From Candidatus Heteroclostridium caecigallinarum (lineage in GTDB: Bacteria > Bacillota > Clostridia > Christensenellales > CAG-314), in contig CAJFSP010000003.1 in the NCBI GenBank assembly GCA_904419725.1, positions 33,139-97,138 on the forward strand: a stretch of 64,000 nt of DNA. The letters are read 5' to 3'. Positions 9,853 through 19,443 of this stretch are shown here, piece after piece. The translations under genes were made by a program, and so were the position numbers. The notes under the pieces are model-generated. The model made no database searches. It was not told the origin of the DNA and saw only the letters and a list, made by a program, of their open reading frames with translations. The first letter of the stretch is position 1. Each line of letters opens with the position of its first letter.

Positions 9853-10681
9853 CGATTTGTCGGGTATGGGCAGATGCTCTCTTACGGCGTCGATACCCAT
9901 TCTCAACACGTTGGGGCACACGGTTTATCCCGTGCCGACGGCGGTGCTGAGCAACCAGACGGGCTACGATAAATATACCTTTTTTGACTTTACGCCGCAC
10001 TTGAAAGAGTACGTCGGCGTGTGGAAAGACATGGGCGTGAAATTCGACTGCGTGTACAGCGGGTTTCTCTCCAACGCCGAGCAGGGCGAGATAATACTCG
10101 ACCTTTACGAAAACTGCGGCGCTCCCGGCGCGCGGCTTGTCATCGACCCGGTGATGGGCGACGACGGCGTCATGTACGACACCTTTGACGACAGACTGTG
10201 CGACGAAGTAAAAAAACTCGCCGCGACTGCCGACATCATCACCCCCAACCTTACGGAAGCCTGCATGCTGGCGGGCGTCGGTTACGATGAGTTTATCGGC
10301 GGGCTTACGGAAGAAAACTTTTACGACGCGCATTACGCCCTCGCTGAAAAGTGCGCCGCCGTCTGCAAAGGCGGCAGGGCGGTCATAACGGGCGTGACGC
10401 GCAACGAAGGCCTGCGATACGTCTATAACTTCGCCGTGTCGGCGGAAGGCGGGTTTTTTACCAAAAACAGGATGTACGGCGGGCATTATTCGGGCACGGG
10501 CGACATCACGGCGTCGATAATAACGGGCTGCCTGATGTCGGGCAGAAAACTGTCGGAAAGCGTCGGTACGGCCGCCGATTTCGTTGAGGCGGCGGTGAGA
10601 TATTCCTTCCACCATGACGTTGACAAAAACGACGGAGTGGATTTCGAGAAATTTCTGCCAATGCTTATAACGGCGGAATAA
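9833..10681 (+). CDS. pdxK: Pyridoxal/pyridoxamine kinase (ribokinase superfamily, PdxK/PdxY type)
   Basis: 282 aa. The N-terminus IAVINDLSGMGRCSLTASIPILNTLGHTVYPVPTAVLSNQTGY and the C-terminal GTGD anion-hole motif match the PdxK/PdxY family. 20-nt overlap with ribU. Confidence 0.85.
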   Translation: MKIAVINDLSGMGRCSLTASIPILNTLGHTVYPVPTAVLSNQTGYDKYTFFDFTPHLKEYVGVWKDMGVKFDCVYSGFLSNAEQGEIILDLYENCGAPGARLVIDPVMGDDGVMYDTFDDRLCDEVKKLAATADIITPNLTEACMLAGVGYDEFIGGLTEENFYDAHYALAEKCAAVCKGGRAVITGVTRNEGLRYVYNFAVSAEGGFFTKNRMYGGHYSGTGDITASIITGCLMSGRKLSESVGTAADFVEAAVRYSFHHDVDKNDGVDFEKFLPMLITAE

Positions 10682-10690
10682 ACACAAACT

Positions 10691-10723
10691 CAGCCGCGCG
10701 GAAAAAGCCGCGCGGCTTTTTCT
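10691..10723 (+). terminator. Terminator after pdxK
   Basis: agccgcgcgg-aaaaa-ccgcgcggct stem followed by ttttt. Confidence 0.85.
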
Positions 10724-10752
10724 TTGACGGATGCGGGTTTTTGTGCTAAAAT
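10724..10752 (+). promoter_or_regulatory. Promoter for the SNF transporter gene
   Basis: TTGACG, 17-nt spacer, extended -10 TGcTAAAAT. Confidence 0.6.
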
Positions 10753-10810
10753 GCAATAGCCTTTCGTTTAGACAGGCTTTTTTATTATTTTACAAAGGCA
10801 GTGTAAGATT

Positions 10811-12178
10811 ATGGCTGATTTGATGGAGCAGAAAAGCAGGGGCGCGTGGTCGTCCAAATTCGGCTTTTTGATGGCGGCGGTGGGTTCCGCCGTCGGTTTG
10901 GGAAATATATGGCGCTTTCCGTACATAGCGGGGCAGTACGGCGGCGCGCTGTTTCTTATAATTTACATCGTCGTCGTGGCGGTGCTGGGTTTTACCATGC
11001 TGACGATGGAGTTCACGATAGGGCGGTATAAAAACGCCAACGTGCTGGACGCTTTCGCCATGGGCAAAAAGAAACGCAGCCCGATAGGCTGGCTGTGTAT
11101 CTTTACGCCGTTTCTAATCGTTTCGTATTACAACGTAATAGGCGGCTGGATAATAAAATATCTCGTGGGGTACATCGGAGGCGGCTCGTTTGTGGAAAGC
11201 GGCGACTATCAGGGCGTTTTCGGCGGATTTACTTCCGACCCGCTCTGGTCGTCGGTGTTTACGGTGGTCTTTCTGGCGCTGAGCGCCGGCGTGCTTATTT
11301 TCGGCGTTAAGAAAGGTATTGAAAAAGTTTCCAAATTCCTGATGCCGGCGTTGTTTTTCATCGTGATTTTCGTGGCGATTGTGTCGCTCACGATGCCCGG
11401 GGCGGTCGAGGGGCTGAAATATCTCTTCGTGCCGAATTTCGAAAGCATGCAGGAAGCGGGTTTTCTCAATATACTCAACGCCGCCATGGGTCAGGCGTTT
11501 TTCAGCCTGTCGGTGGGCATGGGTATTTCGGTGACTTACGGCAGTTATCTCAAAAAAGACCAGAATATCCCGAAAAGCGCGGTCATAGTGTGCGTGCTTG
11601 ACACATGCGTCGCCGTGTTTGCCGGGCTCGCGATTATCCCCGCCGTGTTTTCCGTGGGCATCGAGCCGACGGAAGGCGCCGGGCTCATATTCGTCGCGCT
11701 GCCGGCAGTGTTCAAATCGCTCGGCGGTTTCGGCATAGTCGTGGCGGTGCTGTTTTTCGTGCTGGTGCTTTTCGCCGCGTGGACAAGTGCGATTTCGCTT
11801 CTGGAAGTGCTCATCGCCGCGGTGGAGGAAAAGACGCCTCTCGGCAGAAAGAGTTCCACTGCGCTGGTCGTCGGCGTTGTGCTTGTCACCAGCCTGCTGG
11901 TGTCGCTGTCGCAGGGCGGCGTTTTCGGCAACCTTGACCTTCTGACGCTGTTCGACAATATAACCAACAAAGTGCTGCTGCCTGTTACGGGCATATTGAT
12001 GTGCGTGTTTCTTGTTGCCAACATCGGCGTCAAAAACGCCCAGGAAGAACTGCTGCTCAACTGCAAACACCACTCATGGGCGAAGGTATGGGGCTTTGCA
12101 ATCAAATACGTTACGCCTCTTCTGGTGTTCTTCATATTCGTGATGGGCATACTCGGCTGGATAGGCGTGACGGTATAA
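10811..12178 (+). CDS. Sodium-dependent transporter, neurotransmitter:sodium symporter (SNF) family
   Basis: 455 aa. Hallmark GLGNIWRFPY in TM1 and about 11-12 TM helices. Confidence 0.92.
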   Translation: MADLMEQKSRGAWSSKFGFLMAAVGSAVGLGNIWRFPYIAGQYGGALFLIIYIVVVAVLGFTMLTMEFTIGRYKNANVLDAFAMGKKKRSPIGWLCIFTPFLIVSYYNVIGGWIIKYLVGYIGGGSFVESGDYQGVFGGFTSDPLWSSVFTVVFLALSAGVLIFGVKKGIEKVSKFLMPALFFIVIFVAIVSLTMPGAVEGLKYLFVPNFESMQEAGFLNILNAAMGQAFFSLSVGMGISVTYGSYLKKDQNIPKSAVIVCVLDTCVAVFAGLAIIPAVFSVGIEPTEGAGLIFVALPAVFKSLGGFGIVVAVLFFVLVLFAAWTSAISLLEVLIAAVEEKTPLGRKSSTALVVGVVLVTSLLVSLSQGGVFGNLDLLTLFDNITNKVLLPVTGILMCVFLVANIGVKNAQEELLLNCKHHSWAKVWGFAIKYVTPLLVFFIFVMGILGWIGVTV

Positions 12179-12194
12179 GAACCGCGTTAATGTT

Positions 12195-12220
12195 AAAGAC
12201 CGCTTCGGCGGTCTTTTTGT
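12195..12220 (+). terminator. Terminator after the SNF transporter
   Basis: aaagaccgc-ttcg-gcggtcttt followed by ttgtt. Confidence 0.8.
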
Positions 12221-12259
12221 TATTTACATACCGCCTGATTTGATGTAAAATAAATATGT

Positions 12260-13063
12260 ATGAGCAAAGAAGACAAAAAGGCAAAAAGAAGAAAAAAAGC
12301 CCTGTTTTACAGGATAGGCTTTCCGCTCGTCAAACTGTTTCACGGCAGGCAGAAAGTGCTGTATGAGGAAGCGGTGGACCCGGGCGAACCGGTGATATTC
12401 GTCGCCAACCACGCGCAGGCTTTCGGCCCGATATCCATGATTGTCAATTTCGACAGGACGGTGCGGCCGTGGATAGCCGCCGACGTGATGTTCAAAGAGA
12501 CGGCGGCGGATTTCGTGTTTGTGCAGTTTTTCGCGGGGAACATCAAAAAACACAAGCGCTGGAATATGTTCAAAGCGCGGTTTGTCGGCAGGGCGCTTGT
12601 GGCGATATTCGCCAACGTGGGCGGCATACCCGTGTATTTTGACAGACGTCTTATCAAAACAATGAGCGACAGCGTCGCCGTGCTGGAAGGCGGCGAGCCG
12701 CTTGTGATATTCGGCGAAACGCCGAAGCGGTTTTCGCCTTATGTGGCGGAAATCAGCGACGGGTTTCCGCAGGTGGCGCATATGTATTACAAAAAGACGG
12801 GCAGGCGCGTCAGGTTTTGCCCCGTTTACATAGCGCCCAAGTATATTTCGGTGGGCAGGGCGACGGAGTGGAACCCCGACGCCGACGTCAAAGCGGAACG
12901 CCGCCGTGTGGCGGAGTATCTCAGGGACAATATTTTGCGGCTTGCCGAGGCGCTGCCCGAGCATAAACCCATCCCTACATACACGGAGGAGTATTTCGCC
13001 GCGATAGAAGCGAAGGAAAGAGAAAAGGCGGAGCAGACGCCCGCGCCGACGGAAACCAAGTGA
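12260..13063 (+). CDS. PlsC-like acyltransferase family protein (divergent)
   Basis: 267 aa. FVANHAQAFGP resembles the NHxxxxD block but lacks the Asp. IFGETPKR resembles the FPEGTR block. No clear SD. Confidence 0.55.
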   Translation: MSKEDKKAKRRKKALFYRIGFPLVKLFHGRQKVLYEEAVDPGEPVIFVANHAQAFGPISMIVNFDRTVRPWIAADVMFKETAADFVFVQFFAGNIKKHKRWNMFKARFVGRALVAIFANVGGIPVYFDRRLIKTMSDSVAVLEGGEPLVIFGETPKRFSPYVAEISDGFPQVAHMYYKKTGRRVRFCPVYIAPKYISVGRATEWNPDADVKAERRRVAEYLRDNILRLAEALPEHKPIPTYTEEYFAAIEAKEREKAEQTPAPTETK

Positions 13064-13071
13064 GGTCCAAA

Positions 13072-15408
13072 ATGGAAGAAAAACAATTTGCACCCCTGAC
13101 CGACGCCGTGTTCGTCGAGGATTACAACAAAAAATACGCGGCAATAGAAGAGGCGGAGGCCGCCGCCCTCAAAAAGAGCGCCGAACTGGACAGGCAGCGT
13201 GACGGCGACATAATAAACATCACCAACGCGATGGAAGCCAGCAAGGTGATTATTCACGACAAAATAGCGGCTACCGACGACGAATGCAAACAGCGCCTGC
13301 GCGACGCCGACGAAAAATGCATGGCGGAACTGCGTGCCTGCGAAGGCAGAATGGCCGCCGCCAGAAGGGTGCTTGCCAAAGCCGAACAGGAATGCGAAAC
13401 CCGCCGCGACAAGGCCGCGCGCGAGTCGGAAAAATTCGCCGAGGAAATAGAAAAGAAATACAAGAGCGACACGGCGGCGGAAGAAAAACGCTACAAGGAC
13501 GTTCTCAAACAACGCGACGCCGACCTGAAAAAGCAGGCGGACGGTTTTGCCGCGCGCAAAGCCGAACTCAAAGTGTCTTACGATGCCGGCGTGGCGGAGA
13601 TAAAGGGCAAAATCGCTGACCTGCACGAATATTACAAAACGCAGGAAGAGGCGGGCGTGCAGGAACTAAACAAGGTCAAGGAAGAGTGCTTCGCCAAGAT
13701 TGCCGAAAAACAGGGCGAGTTTGACGCCGTGCAGGCCGATTACGCCGAAAAACTGAAAAACTGCGAAAAGCAGAAAATCCGTCTGCTGAAAAACGAACTG
13801 GCTCTGCACAAAAACTCATGCGAGTCTGCCATAGCCGTGCTGAAAGGCGAAATAGCCACGGCGCAGAAAGTCTATGAAATAAAGCACAACGATATTTTCA
13901 CCCAGCTGGTCAGGGAACTGACGGGGCAGCAAAGGCAACTGCGCACGCTTAAAGCGAGATATGACTTCGACAAGGCGGAAATAGGCTATGAACAGCGCGT
14001 CGCCGAGGCGAAAAACCAAAACAGAATACTTGCCGAAGACAGGGAGCACGAAGAAAAACTCACCGAGGCGGAACTTGACAGGCAGGACGGTCTGAACAAA
14101 AAATACTCGGGCGATTTCTGCGGCAATTTCGACATGGAAAGCATGCAGAAAAAAGCCCAGAGAGATTTTGACATTGCCCTTGAAGAAGAAGACAAAAACA
14201 TGCTTCTCGCCAAACTCGCCCTGGAAGCCGACAACAAGTCGATTGACTGCGACAGGGTTATCGCCGTAGCCGCCCGTGAGGCGGAACTGGCGTGCGACGA
14301 GGCGAAAGCCGAAAGAGACATAAACGCCGAAAGGGAAAAATGCCGCCACGCCAAGCAGATACTGCGCATGGACGTGTTTTCGCTGGCGTTCAAAACCGCC
14401 AACAAAAGCGAAAAACTTTTGAATAAAAGAAAACTGGAAAGAATAGAAAACGGGATAAACGGCCGCATAGAAAAGGTAAAGCAGCGCCTGGCGGACGACC
14501 TTGAGTTTATTTCGACGCTGCGCGAGTACCAGGCGGCGGAATACGACGCCGTGAAAAAGACGACGGAGTCTTTTTACGCCAAACAGAAAGAGGCGCTGGC
14601 GGCGCTTATCGACGAGGCGGAAAAAGAGGGCAGGGAAAAGGAAAAAGCCGTTTTCGCGAGGTCGCTTGCCGATACCGAAGCCAACGAGGCCGCCGCCGCC
14701 GAGTCGCTCAAAGAGCAGGCGAAATATATCGACGACATGACCGCCACGGAGGAAAACAGGGTGAGGGAGCAGGCGCAGAAAGAACTTGCCGCGCTGACGC
14801 TGTTTATCAAGGAAAGCGGCGACCTTATGGAAAAACACAACGGCATGTCGGACGAACTTACCGCCAGGGCCGACGAGCAGCGTAAAGACGCCGTGGTGGA
14901 TTTGCTGGGCATTTACGAAGGGCTTCTCGCCGATTACGACGGCGGGCTTGAAGGGGCGCGGGCGGACAACGCTAAAAATTACGACGCTTTTGCTAAGGCG
15001 TCGGTAGTGGAAAAGGAAACTTTTTTGCAGGATACCGATGACAGAAAAGAGCGCGAGGCGAAAAACTGCGGCGCCAGGCAGGCGGAAATCGGTGACAAAT
15101 ACACACAGTTTGTCAACGAGGCGGAAAAGAACAAAGCCATATCCAAAGGCATGCTGGAAGAACAGCTCAACAAGAGTTTTGACGCGCGTCAGGACAAAAA
15201 AGCGGAAAACGCCCAGCTTGTCGCCCGTAAAGCAAACGAACTCAAATCTTTTGAAAACGCCTGCAACAGGGCGGTTGCCGACGTGCGCAAGGAATGCGAC
15301 CGCAAAATAAACGAATATGAAAAACTGCGCGCCAAAGAAGAAAAATGGCTGCTCAAAAACGGCAAAGTTGACTACCGCAAAGAGTGGTGGGTCGTGGATT
15401 TCGACTGA
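13072..15408 (+). CDS. Large (about 778 aa) cytoplasmic E/K/A-rich coiled-coil protein of unknown function
   Basis: ORF 13060..15408. Preferred start is ATG 13072 (GAGGT SD 5 nt upstream). No signal peptide or TM helix. Heptad-like charged sequence throughout, ending in KEWWVVDFD. Confidence 0.7.
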   Translation: MEEKQFAPLTDAVFVEDYNKKYAAIEEAEAAALKKSAELDRQRDGDIINITNAMEASKVIIHDKIAATDDECKQRLRDADEKCMAELRACEGRMAAARRVLAKAEQECETRRDKAARESEKFAEEIEKKYKSDTAAEEKRYKDVLKQRDADLKKQADGFAARKAELKVSYDAGVAEIKGKIADLHEYYKTQEEAGVQELNKVKEECFAKIAEKQGEFDAVQADYAEKLKNCEKQKIRLLKNELALHKNSCESAIAVLKGEIATAQKVYEIKHNDIFTQLVRELTGQQRQLRTLKARYDFDKAEIGYEQRVAEAKNQNRILAEDREHEEKLTEAELDRQDGLNKKYSGDFCGNFDMESMQKKAQRDFDIALEEEDKNMLLAKLALEADNKSIDCDRVIAVAAREAELACDEAKAERDINAEREKCRHAKQILRMDVFSLAFKTANKSEKLLNKRKLERIENGINGRIEKVKQRLADDLEFISTLREYQAAEYDAVKKTTESFYAKQKEALAALIDEAEKEGREKEKAVFARSLADTEANEAAAAESLKEQAKYIDDMTATEENRVREQAQKELAALTLFIKESGDLMEKHNGMSDELTARADEQRKDAVVDLLGIYEGLLADYDGGLEGARADNAKNYDAFAKASVVEKETFLQDTDDRKEREAKNCGARQAEIGDKYTQFVNEAEKNKAISKGMLEEQLNKSFDARQDKKAENAQLVARKANELKSFENACNRAVADVRKECDRKINEYEKLRAKEEKWLLKNGKVDYRKEWWVVDFD

Positions 15409-15495
15409 CGCGGCAGGAAAACATTTGACAAAACGGCGGCGTTCGGGTATATTTTGGTTTAAGTTGACTATGCAACTTAATTTTACGGAGAACCG

Positions 15496-16314
15496 ATGAA
15501 TTTCGAACAGATTTTACAACAGATAGTAAACTGGCTCACCACCGAGGGGCTGCGCATTTTGCTGGGGCTCATCGTGTTGTTTATTCTCTTCAAGGTAATA
15601 AACATTGTGTGCCGCAAGATTGCAAAATCGCTCAACAAGCGCAATATGGACAAGGCTCTTTCGGGCGTGGTGCTGACCACGTCGAGAAAGGCGCTGAAAA
15701 TTCTGGCGTTTATATGCTTTTTGGGGTATATAGGCATTGAAACGACCAGCATCGCCGCGGCGATTGTTTCGATAGGCGTGGCGATAGGCGCCGCTTTGCA
15801 GGGCTCTCTTTCGAACATAGCGGGCGGCGTGCTGATTCTGACCACGCGGCCTTTCAAGATAGGCGATTATATCGTCATCGAGGCAAACGACGAAGAGGGC
15901 ACGGTGGAAAACATCGAGTTGTTTTACACCTACATCACCACCAACGACAACAGGGTCATCATTGTGCCGAACTCGGTGGCGTCAAGCAACACCGTCATCA
16001 ACTACTCGCTCAAAGAAAACCGCAGGGTGGACATGGTGTTTCAGGTGGCGTATGAAAACGATTTTGAAAAAGCCAAGCAAATTATTCTTGACTGCGCCCG
16101 TGACACGGGTTATATGCTGGAAGACCCCGCGCCGTTTGTGGGCGTGACGGCGCACGGCGCGAGTTCGGTTGACATAAGCGCCAGACTGTGGTGCAAAAAC
16201 GCGGATTATTGGAACCTTAAATTCGCCATGATGGAAAAGGTAAAAAAGGCGTTTGACGAAAACGGAATTTCCATTCCGTATCAGCAGATTGACGTGCATA
16301 TCGCCAACAAATGA
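15496..16314 (+). CDS. mscS: Small-conductance mechanosensitive channel (MscS family)
   Basis: 272 aa. Three N-terminal TM helices, pore-lining LQGSLSNIAGGVLILTTRPFKIGDYI, and a beta-domain. Confidence 0.9.
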   Translation: MNFEQILQQIVNWLTTEGLRILLGLIVLFILFKVINIVCRKIAKSLNKRNMDKALSGVVLTTSRKALKILAFICFLGYIGIETTSIAAAIVSIGVAIGAALQGSLSNIAGGVLILTTRPFKIGDYIVIEANDEEGTVENIELFYTYITTNDNRVIIVPNSVASSNTVINYSLKENRRVDMVFQVAYENDFEKAKQIILDCARDTGYMLEDPAPFVGVTAHGASSVDISARLWCKNADYWNLKFAMMEKVKKAFDENGISIPYQQIDVHIANK

Positions 16315-16330
16315 TAAAATAAAGAAAAGC

Positions 16331-16377
16331 GGAACTTCGGGGAGAACAGCGTTTTCACCCGAAGTTTCTTTTTTTGT
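16331..16377 (+). terminator. Terminator after mscS
   Basis: gaacttcggg..cccgaagtttc stem followed by ttttttt. Confidence 0.75.
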
Positions 16378-16465
16378 TAATAATGAAAAATAATTTACAA
16401 CTTTTACTATTTGCCTTATAATTAACGAGGTTTATTTTGTAAATAAGGCGCCACGGAGATTGCCA

Positions 16466-17572
16466 ATGAATGTTGAAGGGGTAACAAACGCCGTCGGGCT
16501 CAGGAAATTTCTGAAATTTACCGACAAACTTTATAAAGACGATAAAAACTATGTGCCGCAAATGAAAGCCGACCTTAAAAAGGTGATGAAAAAGCTGCTG
16601 CTTGACGGCGGCGGTTATACCGGGCTTATGGTGACGGAAAACGGCAGGGTGCTGGCGCGTCTCGCGTATACCGTCGCCAAGCACAAGCAGTACGGCGGCA
16701 TAGACTGCGGATTTTTTTCGCATTTCGAGTGCGTCAACGACCAAAAAGCGGCGGACATGATTCTGGACGCCATGTGCGACGACCTCAAAAAACGCGGCGT
16801 GACCCACGTTGAGGGCACTTATTTTCCGTTTGACCAGGATAACCGCAGAGGAATCCTGGTGGAAGGGTTCGACAAGCCGCCCGTGCTTTTGACGTCGTAC
16901 AACAAGCCTTATTATAAAGATTTGCTGGAAGGCTTCGGCATGGGCAAAGATTTTGACACGCTGGCTTACGCCATGACCAAGGAAACGATACCTATTGACA
17001 GGTACCGCAAAGTGTCCGACATGGCAATGAAACGTTACGGCTATTATATCGAACCGGCGGATTTTTCAAAAATCGACACGCTTGTCGAAGAAGTGGGCGA
17101 AGTCATGAAAAACGCCACCACCGACGACATTTTTCAGGACGCGCCGACCATCGAGGCGATACGGAATATAGTCGGGCAGTGGAAGAGTTTTCTTAAAGAA
17201 GAGTTCTGCCTCATGGCGCGCAGGGCGAGCGACCATAAACTAATCGGCACCGTCATCGCCGTGCCGGACTTCAATCAGGTGTTCAAAAAGATGAAGGGCA
17301 GCCTGAACCCCGTGGCGCTTGTCAAAATGCTTTATTACAAAAACAAAATAACCACCGTCAGGGGGCTTTTGCAGTATGTTTTGCCGGAATATCAGAACAG
17401 GGGCGTCGCGCTGTCGCTGTATATCGCGCTGTTTGACGAATGTGACAGGCACGGCGTAACGCTGATTGAGGCGGGCACCATGATGGAAAACAACGTCAAG
17501 CCGAACGCCGCGATAAAATCGGCAGGCGGCGTGCTTTACAAAAGATATCGTCTTTACGGCAAAAAACTTTAA
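16466..17572 (+). CDS. GNAT-fold N-acetyltransferase-like protein (long form)
   Basis: ORF 16460..17572. ATG 16466 preferred (GGAG 8 nt upstream). C-terminal YQNRGVALSLY resembles the acetyl-CoA-binding motif A. Confidence 0.65.
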   Translation: MNVEGVTNAVGLRKFLKFTDKLYKDDKNYVPQMKADLKKVMKKLLLDGGGYTGLMVTENGRVLARLAYTVAKHKQYGGIDCGFFSHFECVNDQKAADMILDAMCDDLKKRGVTHVEGTYFPFDQDNRRGILVEGFDKPPVLLTSYNKPYYKDLLEGFGMGKDFDTLAYAMTKETIPIDRYRKVSDMAMKRYGYYIEPADFSKIDTLVEEVGEVMKNATTDDIFQDAPTIEAIRNIVGQWKSFLKEEFCLMARRASDHKLIGTVIAVPDFNQVFKKMKGSLNPVALVKMLYYKNKITTVRGLLQYVLPEYQNRGVALSLYIALFDECDRHGVTLIEAGTMMENNVKPNAAIKSAGGVLYKRYRLYGKKL

Positions 17573-17589
17573 CACAACAGGGGGACTAC

Positions 17590-18756
17590 ATGATTTTGAC
17601 CGTTCTCGCCGTGCTGGTGGTCGTTTTGGCGCCGGCAGGTATAATATGGCTCACCAAAAAGGTGAAATTTCTGGGGCTTATCGGCGCGGTGGCAGTGTGC
17701 TATGTGCTGGGTCTCATCCTTGCCGTCAGCGGCCTGGGATACGACAAGGACGTTACATACGCCATAACGGAATATTCTATACCGGTGGCGATTCCGCTCA
17801 TTTTGTTTTCGTTCAATCTGTCTTCGGCGAAAAAACTCGCCAAAAAGTCGCTGCTTTCATTCGGCTTGCAGTGCGTGGCGGTCATGGTGGTCGCCTCGGC
17901 GGCGTTTTTCATCGCCAATCCGCACCTCGAAGACGCCGCGATTTTTTCGGGCATGACCACCGGGCTTTATACCGGCGGCACGCCCAATCTCAACGCCATA
18001 GGCATGGCTATGGGGCTTGACCAGGGCAGGCTGGCAATGGCTAACACGTCCGACCTTATTATCGGCGGGGTGTATTTTCTGCTTCTGCTCACCGTCATGA
18101 AGCCGATATATTCTTTCGTGCTGGACAGAAAACTCAAAAACAAAACCGCCATGGGCGTCACGGAAGAAAACGACGCCGACAGGCAGTACGCCGACGAATA
18201 TACTTTCAAAAAAGTGGACGGCTGGAAAGGCGTGGGAAGACTCGCGCTCATCATTCTGCTCGCCGTGGGGTGCCTCGGCATTTCGGCGGGGATTTCATGG
18301 ATAATAACCGGCGCCATCGCCAACGTCACCATAATCATGCTGGGCGTGACGGCGCTGGGCATAGCGTTTTCTTTCTGGAAGCCCGTCCGCGAGACCAAGG
18401 GCACGTTCCAGGCGGGGCATTATCTGATACTCATGTTTTCGCTGGCGCTCAGCATGAGCATTGACCTGTCCGCCATCGTGGACGCGTTGCTGCCTATCAT
18501 GCTGTTTATGGCTTGCGTGCAGACCGGCTGCGTGATATTGCACATGCTGCTTTGCAAACTTTGCAAAATAGATTCGCACACGGCGATGATAACCAACGTG
18601 GCGGGCGTTTACGGCCCGGCGTTCATCCCGCCGATTGCCCAGACGCTGAAAGACGAAAGCGTGCTGGTGCCGGGGCTCATCTGCGGCATAATCGGATACG
18701 CCGTGGGAAACTTTTTGGGCATAGGGCTTTCAAGCCTGCTGCTGATGTTTGTCTGA
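17590..18756 (+). CDS. Polytopic membrane protein (DUF819/YjcL-like, tentative)
   Basis: 388 aa with about 10-11 predicted TM helices. AGGGGGA SD. The family call rests on recollection of overall layout only. Confidence 0.6.
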   Translation: MILTVLAVLVVVLAPAGIIWLTKKVKFLGLIGAVAVCYVLGLILAVSGLGYDKDVTYAITEYSIPVAIPLILFSFNLSSAKKLAKKSLLSFGLQCVAVMVVASAAFFIANPHLEDAAIFSGMTTGLYTGGTPNLNAIGMAMGLDQGRLAMANTSDLIIGGVYFLLLLTVMKPIYSFVLDRKLKNKTAMGVTEENDADRQYADEYTFKKVDGWKGVGRLALIILLAVGCLGISAGISWIITGAIANVTIIMLGVTALGIAFSFWKPVRETKGTFQAGHYLILMFSLALSMSIDLSAIVDALLPIMLFMACVQTGCVILHMLLCKLCKIDSHTAMITNVAGVYGPAFIPPIAQTLKDESVLVPGLICGIIGYAVGNFLGIGLSSLLLMFV

Positions 18757-18760
18757 ATCA

Positions 18761-18796
18761 GGGCGGAAACTTTTGTTTCCGCCTTTTTTTGTTTTT
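18761..18796 (+). terminator. Terminator after the membrane protein gene
   Basis: ggcggaaac-tttt-gtttccgcc followed by ttttttt. Confidence 0.85.
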
Positions 18797-18828
18797 GCAA
18801 AAAATCGTGGCAAAAATTAAAGCCGATA

Positions 18829-18857
18829 TTGACTTCCGCAAATTAATTCTTTATAAT
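18829..18857 (+). promoter_or_regulatory. Consensus sigma-A promoter for the trx-ccdA operon
   Basis: TTGACT (18829-18834), 17-nt spacer, TATAAT (18852-18857). Confidence 0.75.
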
Positions 18858-18880
18858 ATATCGGTCAGGGAGGGCGTGAA

Positions 18881-19438
18881 ATGGAAAACAACGAAACGCA
18901 AGCCGTAAAACAAAAAACACCGCTGACAAAGCAGGAAAAAGTCAGAAGAGGGCTTCTCATCGGGATTTCTTCGCTGGTTATCGTCATCATTATTTTGGGG
19001 CTTGTCATCGGCAGTCCTTATTCTATCAAAAAGAACGACTATGAGTCTTTTGAAGCCATGACTACGGAGCATTATGACAGACCTACCGTGCTCATGATGT
19101 CAAAAAAGAGCTGTCCGTATTGCAAAAAGGTATATCCGGGTCTGTCGGAACTCAAAGACGAGTATGAAGACAGGGTCAACTTTTATTATATAGATATCCA
19201 CGACGGCGGCGAGGGGACTCAACTTTATAACAGATACAGACCGTCTGCCGGCGCGGGCAAAGACGGTGTGCCGACCGTTTGGTATTTCAGACCCAGGGCA
19301 AGCCTTGATGAAGACCTTTCGATATACGCGAAATATACCAACTATGGCGGCAAAGACGAGCTCAACACCAAGGGGCAGATTGAGGGCGTTATCCTTAAAC
19401 TGCTTGAATTGACGGAAGAAATGAAAAGCGGGGAGTGA
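18881..19438 (+). CDS. Membrane-anchored extracytoplasmic thioredoxin-like protein (CPYC active site)
   Basis: 185 aa. N-terminal TM anchor LLIGISSLVIVIIILGLVI, active site SCPYCKK, and cis-Pro loop GVPTVWYF. Confidence 0.85.
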   Translation: MENNETQAVKQKTPLTKQEKVRRGLLIGISSLVIVIIILGLVIGSPYSIKKNDYESFEAMTTEHYDRPTVLMMSKKSCPYCKKVYPGLSELKDEYEDRVNFYYIDIHDGGEGTQLYNRYRPSAGAGKDGVPTVWYFRPRASLDEDLSIYAKYTNYGGKDELNTKGQIEGVILKLLELTEEMKSGE

Positions 19439-19443
19439 ATATC

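Noticed and set aside
9007-9921. 304-aa minus-strand ORF
   Set aside because: It runs antisense through the FMN riboswitch and the ribU-like gene. The plus-strand features are far better supported.
10753-10810. TRAP binding site or attenuator in the SNF transporter leader
   Set aside because: Only scattered TAG/GAG triplets with irregular spacing are present. The gcct..aggc hairpin is just 4-5 bp. This is not enough to call either feature.
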